From a virus, in IMG/VR virus record IMGVR_UViG_3300042261_000868, positions 1-64,000 of that record: 64,000 nucleotides of DNA; one strand, 5' to 3'. Under the pieces are notes generated by a model, which ran no database searches, was not told the DNA's origin, and worked only from the letters and a program-made list of their open reading frames with translations. The position numbers and the translations under genes were made by a program. Shown piece by piece: positions 56,549-64,000 of this stretch. Position 1 is the first letter of the stretch; each line of letters starts with the position of its first letter.

Positions 56549-59500
56549 ATGCAGTTTCCATATAAAATTTATCAAGTAAGAAATCCATCTGTTCCAGCAT
56601 ATGTCTATATGGGTAAGGCCACCATCGCTGGATATTATGGTGCAAAATCATCTAATTTCCCCCACCAAGTCCGTAAGGACTGTCAAGATATTTTTCTTTT
56701 TGCTACTATAGTTGGTGGTAAGAATATTAAAATAACAGCAGCAACCGAAACCGACCCATATATGTATATTGATACAAGATGGACTAATTTTGTATCATCT
56801 GCCGATACTTCAGCATCTTATAGTTTTCTTAAAGAAGCAACAACCGATTCTAATTTTACCTTAAAAGCATCTTTCCGCTCCCTTAATAGCGATGGATCAT
56901 TGTTAATAAAATCTGGAGCAAATTCCAAATTTTTCTGGAATGGTGTTGAAAATGTAGTTGATCCAGACTTACCTTCAAATTTAACATGTCAAACCGATGA
57001 TGTCACAGAAGAAGACGGTCAGATAATAATTAAAAGATATGACTATACTCTAGTTGATAACCCAATCACCAAGCCATATTGGGATAAGAAATCAGTATCG
57101 TTGATTGATACTAAACTAGTGGATCAAGATAACTATAAAGTCTTAATGCAATTAAAGTCAATTGTTGGTAGTGAATGTATCAAAGTTGAAGATACCGATA
57201 GAGGAACAATTAGAATAAGTTATAACAAAGAATTGTGTCCATGTGGCTGCTTCGACTTTGACACCAGTGTTTCGTCTAGTTCAAGCTCTATCGAGGTCTG
57301 TGCTGGTTTAAGCTCCTTCTGCGATTCTTCGTCCTCCTTGTCCAGTAGTTCAAGTTCCTCCAGCTCCTCAAGTTCCTCCAGCTCCTCAAGTTCCTCCAGC
57401 TCCTCAAGTTCCTCAAGTTCCTCCAGCTCCTCAAGTTCCTCCAGCTCCTCAAGTTCCTCAAGCAGTACCAGTGAATCCAGCACTTCTTCATCAAGTACCT
57501 CAAGCAACTCTAGCTCCAGTTCTTCTTTTGATGAGCGATGTGAGCCGTTTGTTTATGCTTCTACTCCAGTTGTGGATTCGTTATTTGGGCAGAGTATTGC
57601 AGTATCCGAAGACGGTGAATGGGTAGCGGTTGGAGCACCAGGCGAAAAGGCTGTTTATATTTTCCAAACCCCAGTAAGTCTCCCAACTGGTTTACCTGGA
57701 TATACACAAATCGCAAAGATAACAAGTACAGACAAAGACTTTGGCTGGAGTGTTGACTTCTCATCTGATGCCGAATGGTTAGTTGTTGGTGCCCCAGGAT
57801 ACAACAATGATCAAGGCCGTATACATATCTTCTCAGAAACCGCCATTGGTGGTTGGGCATTGGCATCGGTCCCAACATATACCATTTCTGGTACAGGTAC
57901 ACTTCAAAGGGGATTAACGCTAAACCTTATTGGTCATAGATTCGGCCAGAGTGTGTGTATTAACAACGGTGCTACGGTTGGTGCTGCTAGTGTATTAGTC
58001 GGTTGCCCATACTTCACCGAAAATCCAAATGTATATGGCATAAATGCTGGTTCAGCATTTAGTTACAAGTATTCTGGTGGTCCTTGGGTTGAAGAAAGAA
58101 TCATACCATTTGATGCAGAACAACAAGATAAATTTGGTTGGGATGTTGCATTAACATCAGACGGCCTTTCAGCAGTAATAGGTAGCTATGAAGATGCTGA
58201 CAATGGCATTCAAAGTGGCTCTGCTTATGTTTATAGTTATTCTGGGTCTTGGACTTTGAATACAAAATTATTAGCATCTGATGGTCAAGAAGGCGACAGA
58301 TATGGAAGTGCAGTAGCTATTGCCGATAATAGCGGCACACTTCACGTTGCTATCGGTTCACCTCAACATAATAGCGACTTGGGTGCTGTTTATATGTATA
58401 ACAATGCCTCTGGTTGGCAAGAGCAGAAGATGACATCAATAAACCCAATTTCAAATGAGAGATTTGGTTTTGATGTTTCTCTTAATAGTTGTGGAAGTAT
58501 GGCTGCTATTTCTTCTGTTCCTAGAAATTATTCATATGAGCCATTCTCTGGGTTTGCTAAGTTATTAACAAGAGACACATTAACTCATTGGACAATAGAT
58601 GAAGAGCTTATGTTCTCTGGTCAAACCATTAACGATGGTTATGCTTTTGCAGTTGACTTATCCGAAACTGGAAGTCATGTTGGTATTGCTGCACCTTACT
58701 ACGATTCAAAAACTGGTTATATTAGATTAATCAGTCTTGAATCGGACTGTTATAATTGGATAGTTCCTTGTGTCGGAGAGGAGAGATCAAGTTCATCATC
58801 AAGTTCTTCTTCAAATTTATCATCAAATTCTTCTTCAAGTTCATCATCAAGTTCTTCTTCAAGTTCATCATCAAGTTCTTCTTCAAGTTCATCATCAAGT
58901 TCTTCTTCAAGTTCATCATCAAGTTCTTCCACAAGTAGCTCAAGTTCCTCTTATTATGAAACATATGGGTCGCAAGGTATTAATATTGGAACTGGAAGTC
59001 CACCAGGAAGTTCCACTTGTTCTGGTGGTATATGGACTATAGTTGGTGGCGGTGGTGGTACTATTGGTGGTGTTTCTAATTTCCCCGTTGAAAATTCATA
59101 TATGCATTATAGATATATGGAAGTTTCTGGTGATTTCTACTTGGGGGCACGTATTACCTCTTTTTCAGCAGATGGAATAAATAGGATGGGTGGAATAATA
59201 TTCCGCGAAACCCTAGAACCCGATTCGAGAGAAATGGCTTTTGTATTGTCAGATATCCCAGGAGGAGTATATAATAAAATACATACTTCTCATCGTGGCA
59301 ATATTGATAATATCTATTATTGGTCAGATGGACAATACGCTCCTGATTTGTCCACAACACCACCTAATATATGGTTGGGAATAGAGAGATATGGAGATGA
59401 GTTCTTTACTTATTATTCTATAGATGGAACAAACTGGCATGGGTGGGTATTTGCTAACATACCAATGAATTCTAATTATTTTGTTGGATTGGCTGCATCT

Positions 59501-59584
59501 AATTTAGATGGAAATGTATCAATTACCTTCTCTGATGTTTATCCACAAATAGGAAACAGTATTGATGTTCCTCCCAACCCATAA
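56549..59584 (+). CDS. Virion adhesin-like protein: N-domain, poly-Ser, FG-GAP beta-propeller, poly-Ser, ConA/DUF1349-like domain
   Basis: FGQSIAVS...VGAPG, FGWSVD...VGAPG, FGWDVAL...IGS, YGSAVAI...IGSP repeats; C-terminal GDF..ARI...GGIIFRE...WLGIERYGD.F...YSIDGTNW...VGLA. Confidence 0.75.
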   Translation: MQFPYKIYQVRNPSVPAYVYMGKATIAGYYGAKSSNFPHQVRKDCQDIFLFATIVGGKNIKITAATETDPYMYIDTRWTNFVSSADTSASYSFLKEATTDSNFTLKASFRSLNSDGSLLIKSGANSKFFWNGVENVVDPDLPSNLTCQTDDVTEEDGQIIIKRYDYTLVDNPITKPYWDKKSVSLIDTKLVDQDNYKVLMQLKSIVGSECIKVEDTDRGTIRISYNKELCPCGCFDFDTSVSSSSSSIEVCAGLSSFCDSSSSLSSSSSSSSSSSSSSSSSSSSSSSSSSSSSSSSSSSSSSSSSSTSESSTSSSSTSSNSSSSSSFDERCEPFVYASTPVVDSLFGQSIAVSEDGEWVAVGAPGEKAVYIFQTPVSLPTGLPGYTQIAKITSTDKDFGWSVDFSSDAEWLVVGAPGYNNDQGRIHIFSETAIGGWALASVPTYTISGTGTLQRGLTLNLIGHRFGQSVCINNGATVGAASVLVGCPYFTENPNVYGINAGSAFSYKYSGGPWVEERIIPFDAEQQDKFGWDVALTSDGLSAVIGSYEDADNGIQSGSAYVYSYSGSWTLNTKLLASDGQEGDRYGSAVAIADNSGTLHVAIGSPQHNSDLGAVYMYNNASGWQEQKMTSINPISNERFGFDVSLNSCGSMAAISSVPRNYSYEPFSGFAKLLTRDTLTHWTIDEELMFSGQTINDGYAFAVDLSETGSHVGIAAPYYDSKTGYIRLISLESDCYNWIVPCVGEERSSSSSSSSSNLSSNSSSSSSSSSSSSSSSSSSSSSSSSSSSSSSSSSSTSSSSSSYYETYGSQGINIGTGSPPGSSTCSGGIWTIVGGGGGTIGGVSNFPVENSYMHYRYMEVSGDFYLGARITSFSADGINRMGGIIFRETLEPDSREMAFVLSDIPGGVYNKIHTSHRGNIDNIYYWSDGQYAPDLSTTPPNIWLGIERYGDEFFTYYSIDGTNWHGWVFANIPMNSNYFVGLAASNLDGNVSITFSDVYPQIGNSIDVPPNP
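57353..57460 (+). repeat. 18-bp tandem repeat (agttcctccagctcctca) encoding poly-Ser
   Basis: Five full units plus two 9-bp half units. Confidence 0.95.
58790..58930 (+). repeat. 24-bp tandem repeat (agttcatcatcaagttcttcttca) encoding poly-Ser
   Basis: About six units, the second degenerate. Confidence 0.95.
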
Positions 59585-59586
59585 AG

Positions 59587-59625
59587 GGATTGGGCTTCTA
59601 AAGTAAAACTTTAGAAGCCCAATCC
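59587..59625. repeat. Perfect 18-bp inverted repeat
   Basis: ggattgggcttctaaagt-aaa-actttagaagcccaatcc. Confidence 0.9.
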
Positions 59626-59676
59626 GACATTCATCCCATCGGCTAAACCCATCGGCTAAAGCCAATGGGTTTTCTG
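59626..59676 (-). mobile_element. Possible orphan IS200/IS605-family end hairpin
   Basis: Minus strand reads agaaaacccattggc-ttta-gccgatggg(...)atgaatg, with a 13-bp tandem duplication; no transposase in the window. Confidence 0.4.
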
Positions 59677-59689
59677 GTGGGACAATGAT

Positions 59690-59719
59690 AAAAAAGGAGG
59701 CTTTTATGCCTCCTTTTTT
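59690..59719. terminator. Bidirectional intrinsic terminator between convergent blocks
   Basis: aaaaaa-ggaggc-ttttat-gcctcc-tttttt. Confidence 0.9.
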
Positions 59720-59720
59720 G

Positions 59721-60446
59721 TTAAATATTCTTTTTCGCTTTATCAAATAAAAGTCGCTTTAATGTATTCATCTGTGACATTAGATTAGATTTAGTTTTCT
59801 CATCAGTTGCTTTAGAGATTTCATATTCTAATTTTTTATAAATGGTTTCTACCATACCCTCTTGTTTATTGTTAAGACTATACTTACAGTCTTTAACAAG
59901 AGTCCCAGCAATAGAACACCAATCAGTGACTTCCTCAATACGATACTTCGTATTTTTCTCCATTAACTTCATTTCAAAAGCGATGCTTTCGCGTTTAATT
60001 TGAAGTCTTTTTAAATCAAACTTCATTAACATTGGATCACCCATTTCTTTAGGAACTTCATTTGATTCAATAAGAGCGTGGAGTGCGCCTATTTTATAAT
60101 CTAATTCTTCTATGTCAACTTTAATAGACTCAATTTTATAAACATTCCTAACGAGTTCATTAAAGTGGACCTCTGCCTCTGCCTTACATTGCCAAAATTT
60201 AGCATCGGCTGTGGGGAATTGACCATCTGAAAGCACAGATGCCAATTTAACAATCATTGGTCTATATTGTGGGGTGTCCACAAAAGATGATATAGCAAAA
60301 TCCTTAGCAGCATTGAGTGCCTTAATATCCTCTGGGGATATTAAGGTTTGCTCAACGAAAACCTTAAGGATATTTTTAGTCTCTTCGGCTACTTGGGTAC
60401 TTGCTTCAAGTTTCTTAAGTGGAACTATGCTCTGATTATCTGTCAT
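59721..60446 (-). CDS. Hypothetical coiled-coil protein
   Basis: Heptad-rich 241-aa ORF; ATGA overlap with clpP. Confidence 0.65.
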   Translation of the reverse strand: MTDNQSIVPLKKLEASTQVAEETKNILKVFVEQTLISPEDIKALNAAKDFAISSFVDTPQYRPMIVKLASVLSDGQFPTADAKFWQCKAEAEVHFNELVRNVYKIESIKVDIEELDYKIGALHALIESNEVPKEMGDPMLMKFDLKRLQIKRESIAFEMKLMEKNTKYRIEEVTDWCSIAGTLVKDCKYSLNNKQEGMVETIYKKLEYEISKATDEKTKSNLMSQMNTLKRLLFDKAKKNI

Positions 60447-61078
60447 TTTTTTCCTTTTTTATGTTTCTTATTTTTATTTGGGATAACCTCATCTGCAATA
60501 TTAAACTTCAAGGCTTCTTGGGCTGTTAACCAGATGTCGTGTTCAGCAAGTAATTCTTTTTCAATCTCTTTCTTTCTAAGACCCGTGCAGTTCATATAAT
60601 GAGCAAGCATACGATCATATGTGCTTTTGAATTCTTTATTAACAGAGATAAGGTTATTATGACCACCAGCGGCACCCCAACTATAAAGATGACTCATGAT
60701 GGATGTTTTTTCGGTAACAACTCTTTTTCCAGGTTCACCATTCATAAAAATCATTAAAGCGGCACTTGCGATTTGCCCTAAACCAGTTGTGTAAACTGGA
60801 GTAGTAATATAATCCATAACATCACAAATTTGCCAAGCAGCATTAATAGAACCACCGCCACTATTAATAATCATTGTAATTGGGTGGAAGTTATTAGTCA
60901 TATTGTTTATTTTGTCTAATGCGACCATTTGTTGTGTTGCCGCAACTGCTGTTTGAAGGGTAATTTCACCGACAATGTAAACGATATAATCAAGTGGATT
61001 TATTCTAATGACTGATTCTTCGTGCTCATCATCCTGATCTTGCTCGTTAACTACTTCTTCGTTTGGTTTTTTAATCAT
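60443..61078 (-). CDS. clpP: ClpP-like serine protease (S14)
   Basis: INSGGGS, GLGQIASAA (Ser), GEPGKR, IMSH (His), HDIWLTAQEA..F.IAD (Asp). Confidence 0.88.
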   Translation of the reverse strand: MIKKPNEEVVNEQDQDDEHEESVIRINPLDYIVYIVGEITLQTAVAATQQMVALDKINNMTNNFHPITMIINSGGGSINAAWQICDVMDYITTPVYTTGLGQIASAALMIFMNGEPGKRVVTEKTSIMSHLYSWGAAGGHNNLISVNKEFKSTYDRMLAHYMNCTGLRKKEIEKELLAEHDIWLTAQEALKFNIADEVIPNKNKKHKKGKK

Positions 61079-61087
61079 TGAAGCCTT

Positions 61088-61324
61088 TCATTGTTTTGGG
61101 GGTGCTTGTCCGATATTCTCGTTTGGAGTCATAACTGTTGATATATCTATCATTAAAGATAATTCTTTATAGTTTTTTCCTTTTCTTTCTAGAAAGTGCG
61201 AACCGCCTCGAATTGCGAGCGACCCACACGAACACTTCTCATATTTATTTGCATCTTTGGAGATAAGAATATCTCCACAATCCAAACATTTTGCTTTATT
61301 TAACTTTACCATTCCTAAGCTCAT
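61088..61324 (-). CDS. Small zinc-finger protein
   Basis: NKAKCLDCGDILIS...CSCGSLAIRGG. Confidence 0.75.
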   Translation of the reverse strand: MSLGMVKLNKAKCLDCGDILISKDANKYEKCSCGSLAIRGGSHFLERKGKNYKELSLMIDISTVMTPNENIGQAPPKQ

Positions 61325-61938
61325 AATATTTTCTCCATGTGCATTATACTGAATACTTGTTCTTTAAGGCGATCTATCCATCCGTCGCGGTCTTCGTTAA
61401 TTACAATGTAATCCCAAACTTCAGGCTTTTCAATATCTGGTAACTCACCATCAGCCCCGTCATTTTTAAATACTCCACCAGGGCGATGAATTAAAATCTT
61501 TAATAATCTTGGTGTGGGTTCATCCTTTATATATTTCTTTTTATAAAATTCAAAAGAGCGAGTAAAACAAGCACTTTCATTTGGGAATCTATAATCAGAT
61601 ACGATACCAATTTTTGCATCTGAAAGGAGTAATTCTTGATAAACACTATTGGCCCACACATCAGACCAGATCGCTCTTGCTGCACAACCCTCTTTAATAA
61701 GAACATCTCTGACACTTAAACCACCTAGATGCTCTGGCTTAGACATTTTATAGTTATTATCGTCCATCTTATAAAAGTCTAAATTATACCTTTCAGCGAC
61801 TTGCTGTTTCAATAGTTTTGCAAAATAACTCCTACAATATGGAATTTTTTTATCTTTAAAAGTCTCTTCAAGGATATTACAACAAGTATCTTTACCGTGC
61901 TGTTGACGGTGGCCGAACAAAAGAATATGGGACAACAT
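61321..61938 (-). CDS. Deoxynucleoside monophosphate kinase (T4 gp1-like)
   Basis: P-loop GHRQQHGKDT, FAKLLK, RDVL...G, VSDYRFPNE. Confidence 0.85.
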   Translation of the reverse strand: MLSHILLFGHRQQHGKDTCCNILEETFKDKKIPYCRSYFAKLLKQQVAERYNLDFYKMDDNNYKMSKPEHLGGLSVRDVLIKEGCAARAIWSDVWANSVYQELLLSDAKIGIVSDYRFPNESACFTRSFEFYKKKYIKDEPTPRLLKILIHRPGGVFKNDGADGELPDIEKPEVWDYIVINEDRDGWIDRLKEQVFSIMHMEKIL

Positions 61939-61989
61939 AAACGACTCCTTCGCTATTATTACACTTATTATAAGTGCAAGATAATAGTT

Positions 61990-62181
61990 TCAATCACTGT
62001 TTTTTGATTTACGGAAGAAGCCATCGCCCAAATTTTCATTTTGCTCGCTTTTTTGTTCAAGCATCACAGAGCTAATACCTTCACGAAGGCATTTTGGACA
62101 AATGATATTCTGATTACAACTTCCAGCTTTTACTGAAATAGTTACACTCTGACATGTTGGACATCTAAACATTATTTCCAT
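61990..62181 (-). CDS. Small zinc-ribbon protein
   Basis: CPTC...CPKC. Confidence 0.7.
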   Translation of the reverse strand: MEIMFRCPTCQSVTISVKAGSCNQNIICPKCLREGISSVMLEQKSEQNENLGDGFFRKSKNSD

Positions 62182-62182
62182 A

Positions 62183-62560
62183 TTATTTCCTTAAACCAAA
62201 CCTCTGATATAGTAATTGATCTTGAGTTAACTTTGGTTTGTTTAAATAGCTCAAGTTAGAATTAGATTGCTGCTCTTGGAATCGTGCCATCTGAATTCGC
62301 TGTTGTGGGCGTAAGTGTTGTATGTTTGGAGGAGGTGGTGCTTGACGTTTGATACCAAGCATTTCTGGACTAATATCAGCGGGTAAACCATTTTCTTGAA
62401 TAATACCCATTGCTATTTGCTTCCTAATAGCTTGTTTAGTTTCTTCTTGCTCTTTAATGGTGTGATTAAGATTAGCTCTTACGACAAACCATTTTGTTTG
62501 CTTAGGATCGTATGGCAATTCTTCTGGGTTGTCAAAATCTGTTTCTGAGCTAATATACAT
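62183..62560 (-). CDS. Hypothetical Gln/Pro-rich late protein
   Basis: AGGAG RBS and late promoter directly upstream. Confidence 0.65.
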   Translation of the reverse strand: MYISSETDFDNPEELPYDPKQTKWFVVRANLNHTIKEQEETKQAIRKQIAMGIIQENGLPADISPEMLGIKRQAPPPPNIQHLRPQQRIQMARFQEQQSNSNLSYLNKPKLTQDQLLYQRFGLRK

Positions 62561-62569
62561 AACATCTCC

Positions 62570-62577
62570 TATTTATA
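62570..62577 (-). promoter_or_regulatory. T4-type late promoter TATAAATA (minus strand)
   Basis: Plus strand reads tatttata, 10 bp upstream of ATG 62560. Confidence 0.6.
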
Positions 62578-62581
62578 AGAG

Positions 62582-63577
62582 TCAGAGTACCAAGTATCCA
62601 TGTGTTGTAACATTCATGCAATACTTATAGACGGTTTCATACTCTTTAAGTAATTGCACTATTTTAACAGTTTTCTCTAATTTATCTCCATTAACTTCAT
62701 AGAGACTTAAAATTTTAAGTTGCTTGTGGGCATGGAGAAGATAATTATAGAAGTTAATAACCCCATGCACAGTTCGAGCCAATAAACGATTATTAAATGC
62801 CATAGCAACTTGTGGGTGCTTAACAATGTTCTCTGGGAGTGTCTTATGGGAAACTTCTGTCCAAATTTTTCCAATGTTGTTGCAAGTATCCCTAATATCA
62901 GCGGAAACCGATCTAGCGGGATTGTTCTGTTTTTGGAGTGCTATGTTTTCCCTCTGCATCTGAATGATGTTCTCCATTAAATCGTCAGGAATAAAAAACT
63001 CTGGCTCATCACAACCGATTAGATAAAGATAGTCCCTTGATTTATCATTAGCTTTTATGCTGGCAACATATTGAATCGTCTGTGGTTTGTTTGTCCAATT
63101 ATTGCAGATAAGAGCATATCTCTTAAACTCTTCCTCATCGGAGCCGCTATTGCACTTATTGATAATTGTTTGTTTGCTTCCTTTCATCTGAAAGCAACCA
63201 AAAAAGGTAGATGTGCTGGACTCTGAACGTCTCCCAAACAACTGATCCAAGGTTTTAATTTTACGGTTCTTAAGATATTTCGTGGAGTTACCTCCAAAGA
63301 AATCTGGAGTGTTGATTCGCTCATGCTGGCTAGTAAACCCAACATTCCAGATGGTAGAAAGCCCAATGTGGTCAAATGGATTACCTTGCTCCTTTTCCAA
63401 TTCAGACAATTCAAAAAACATATTCAAGTATGACTTAGCAGAAATTGAAGCAGTTGGAGTATTGGTACTATCTGTACCCGATGCTGGGTCAAGGCTAATA
63501 ATAGTCCCACCCATAATTGCGGTACGGAGATTGTTTATTTTAAAAGTCTCTTCAATTTTCTTGATGGGATCACTCAT
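62582..63577 (-). CDS. Hypothetical protein
   Basis: 331-aa ORF coupled to the upstream gene. Confidence 0.7.
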   Translation of the reverse strand: MSDPIKKIEETFKINNLRTAIMGGTIISLDPASGTDSTNTPTASISAKSYLNMFFELSELEKEQGNPFDHIGLSTIWNVGFTSQHERINTPDFFGGNSTKYLKNRKIKTLDQLFGRRSESSTSTFFGCFQMKGSKQTIINKCNSGSDEEEFKRYALICNNWTNKPQTIQYVASIKANDKSRDYLYLIGCDEPEFFIPDDLMENIIQMQRENIALQKQNNPARSVSADIRDTCNNIGKIWTEVSHKTLPENIVKHPQVAMAFNNRLLARTVHGVINFYNYLLHAHKQLKILSLYEVNGDKLEKTVKIVQLLKEYETVYKYCMNVTTHGYLVL

Positions 63578-64000
63578 ATGTCATCCATTCCTTAAGGTTT
63601 TTGGGTTCTGTTAGGACTCCTTTTTTAACAAGGTAATCGCATACCTTTATGTTAAACTCTACATCCATAAGTATTCTGTCTTTAATAATAGGATTGCCGT
63701 TGAATATAGCAGCACAAGAGTCAGATGGTACGATAGCATTGTTAAAGAACTTAAACATCCAATCCATGTCATTAATGGTCAATGTATCCTTACGATCATT
63801 GATCCAATTATTGATTGAATCAATGAGTTTTCCAAGGATATCAACACGTTCTGTCTTAACACCTTCAATCTTGGTAGTTAATGCTTCGGTAATCAACTGT
63901 TCATTATTATCATAGTCAAGCAAATGGTCAATAGTTATATTACAACCCCTCTTTGAGAATTCGGCCAACCATTCATCGGCAAATTGTTCACCCAAATAGG
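63570..64000 (-). CDS. Hypothetical protein, 5'-truncated by the window edge
   Basis: Frame stays open to the end of the window. Confidence 0.6.
   Translation of the reverse strand, partial: YLGEQFADEWLAEFSKRGCNITIDHLLDYDNNEQLITEALTTKIEGVKTERVDILGKLIDSINNWINDRKDTLTINDMDWMFKFFNNAIVPSDSCAAIFNGNPIIKDRILMDVEFNIKVCDYLVKKGVLTEPKNLKEWMTYE

Noticed and set aside
53401-58930. Tandem repeats as CRISPR arrays
   Set aside because: Units are contiguous, multiples of 3, inside coding frames and have no unique spacers
57220-59042. Antisense and alternate-frame ORFs such as (ELE)n, (LRSWRN)n and (KFIIKFFF)n
   Set aside because: Shadows of the poly-Ser DNA repeats; no RBS or promoter support
62582-64000. 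Degenerate RNase H / 3'-5' exonuclease folds (IISLDPAS; RILMDVE)
   Set aside because: Only isolated short motifs; cannot be supported without a profile search
1-64000. tRNA/rRNA genes, introns and inteins
   Set aside because: Intergenic gaps are short with no cloverleaf or T-loop signatures; RNR, ligase and primase have normal lengths with no intein motifs seen

Overview
This window is an AT-rich segment of a large T4-like (myovirus, probably jumbo) phage genome using the standard genetic code. From left to right it holds: (1) T4-type replication genes (gp62 clamp-loader subunit, regA, gp61 primase); (2) a sugar island of two convergent operons encoding a complete GDP-L-colitose-type pathway (gmd, fcl/colC, a His-type colD), five glycosyltransferases and an FkbM methyltransferase; (3) a lytic transglycosylase, an acidic probable head protein and a 1597-aa late protein that fuses three unrelated nucleotidyltransferase folds with a possible nuclease; (4) class II RNR, a second glycosyl/methyltransferase cluster, HNH and Cas4-like nucleases and NAD-dependent ligase; (5) a ~32-kb expanded baseplate/fibre module (gp5, gp25, gp6, gp7-like, several giant proteins, a mosaic tail fibre, a poly-Ser FG-GAP protein); (6) a minus-strand block with ClpP and dNMP kinase. 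T4 late promoters (TATAAATA) and sigma70-type promoters are visible. I saw no tRNA, rRNA or CRISPR array. Best candidates for new biology: phage-made colitose glycans, possibly attached to Ser-rich virion proteins; the multi-nucleotidyltransferase polyprotein; and a tail fibre with GC-rich modules joined by near-identical 44-bp linkers. All family calls come from motif recognition by eye, not database searches.
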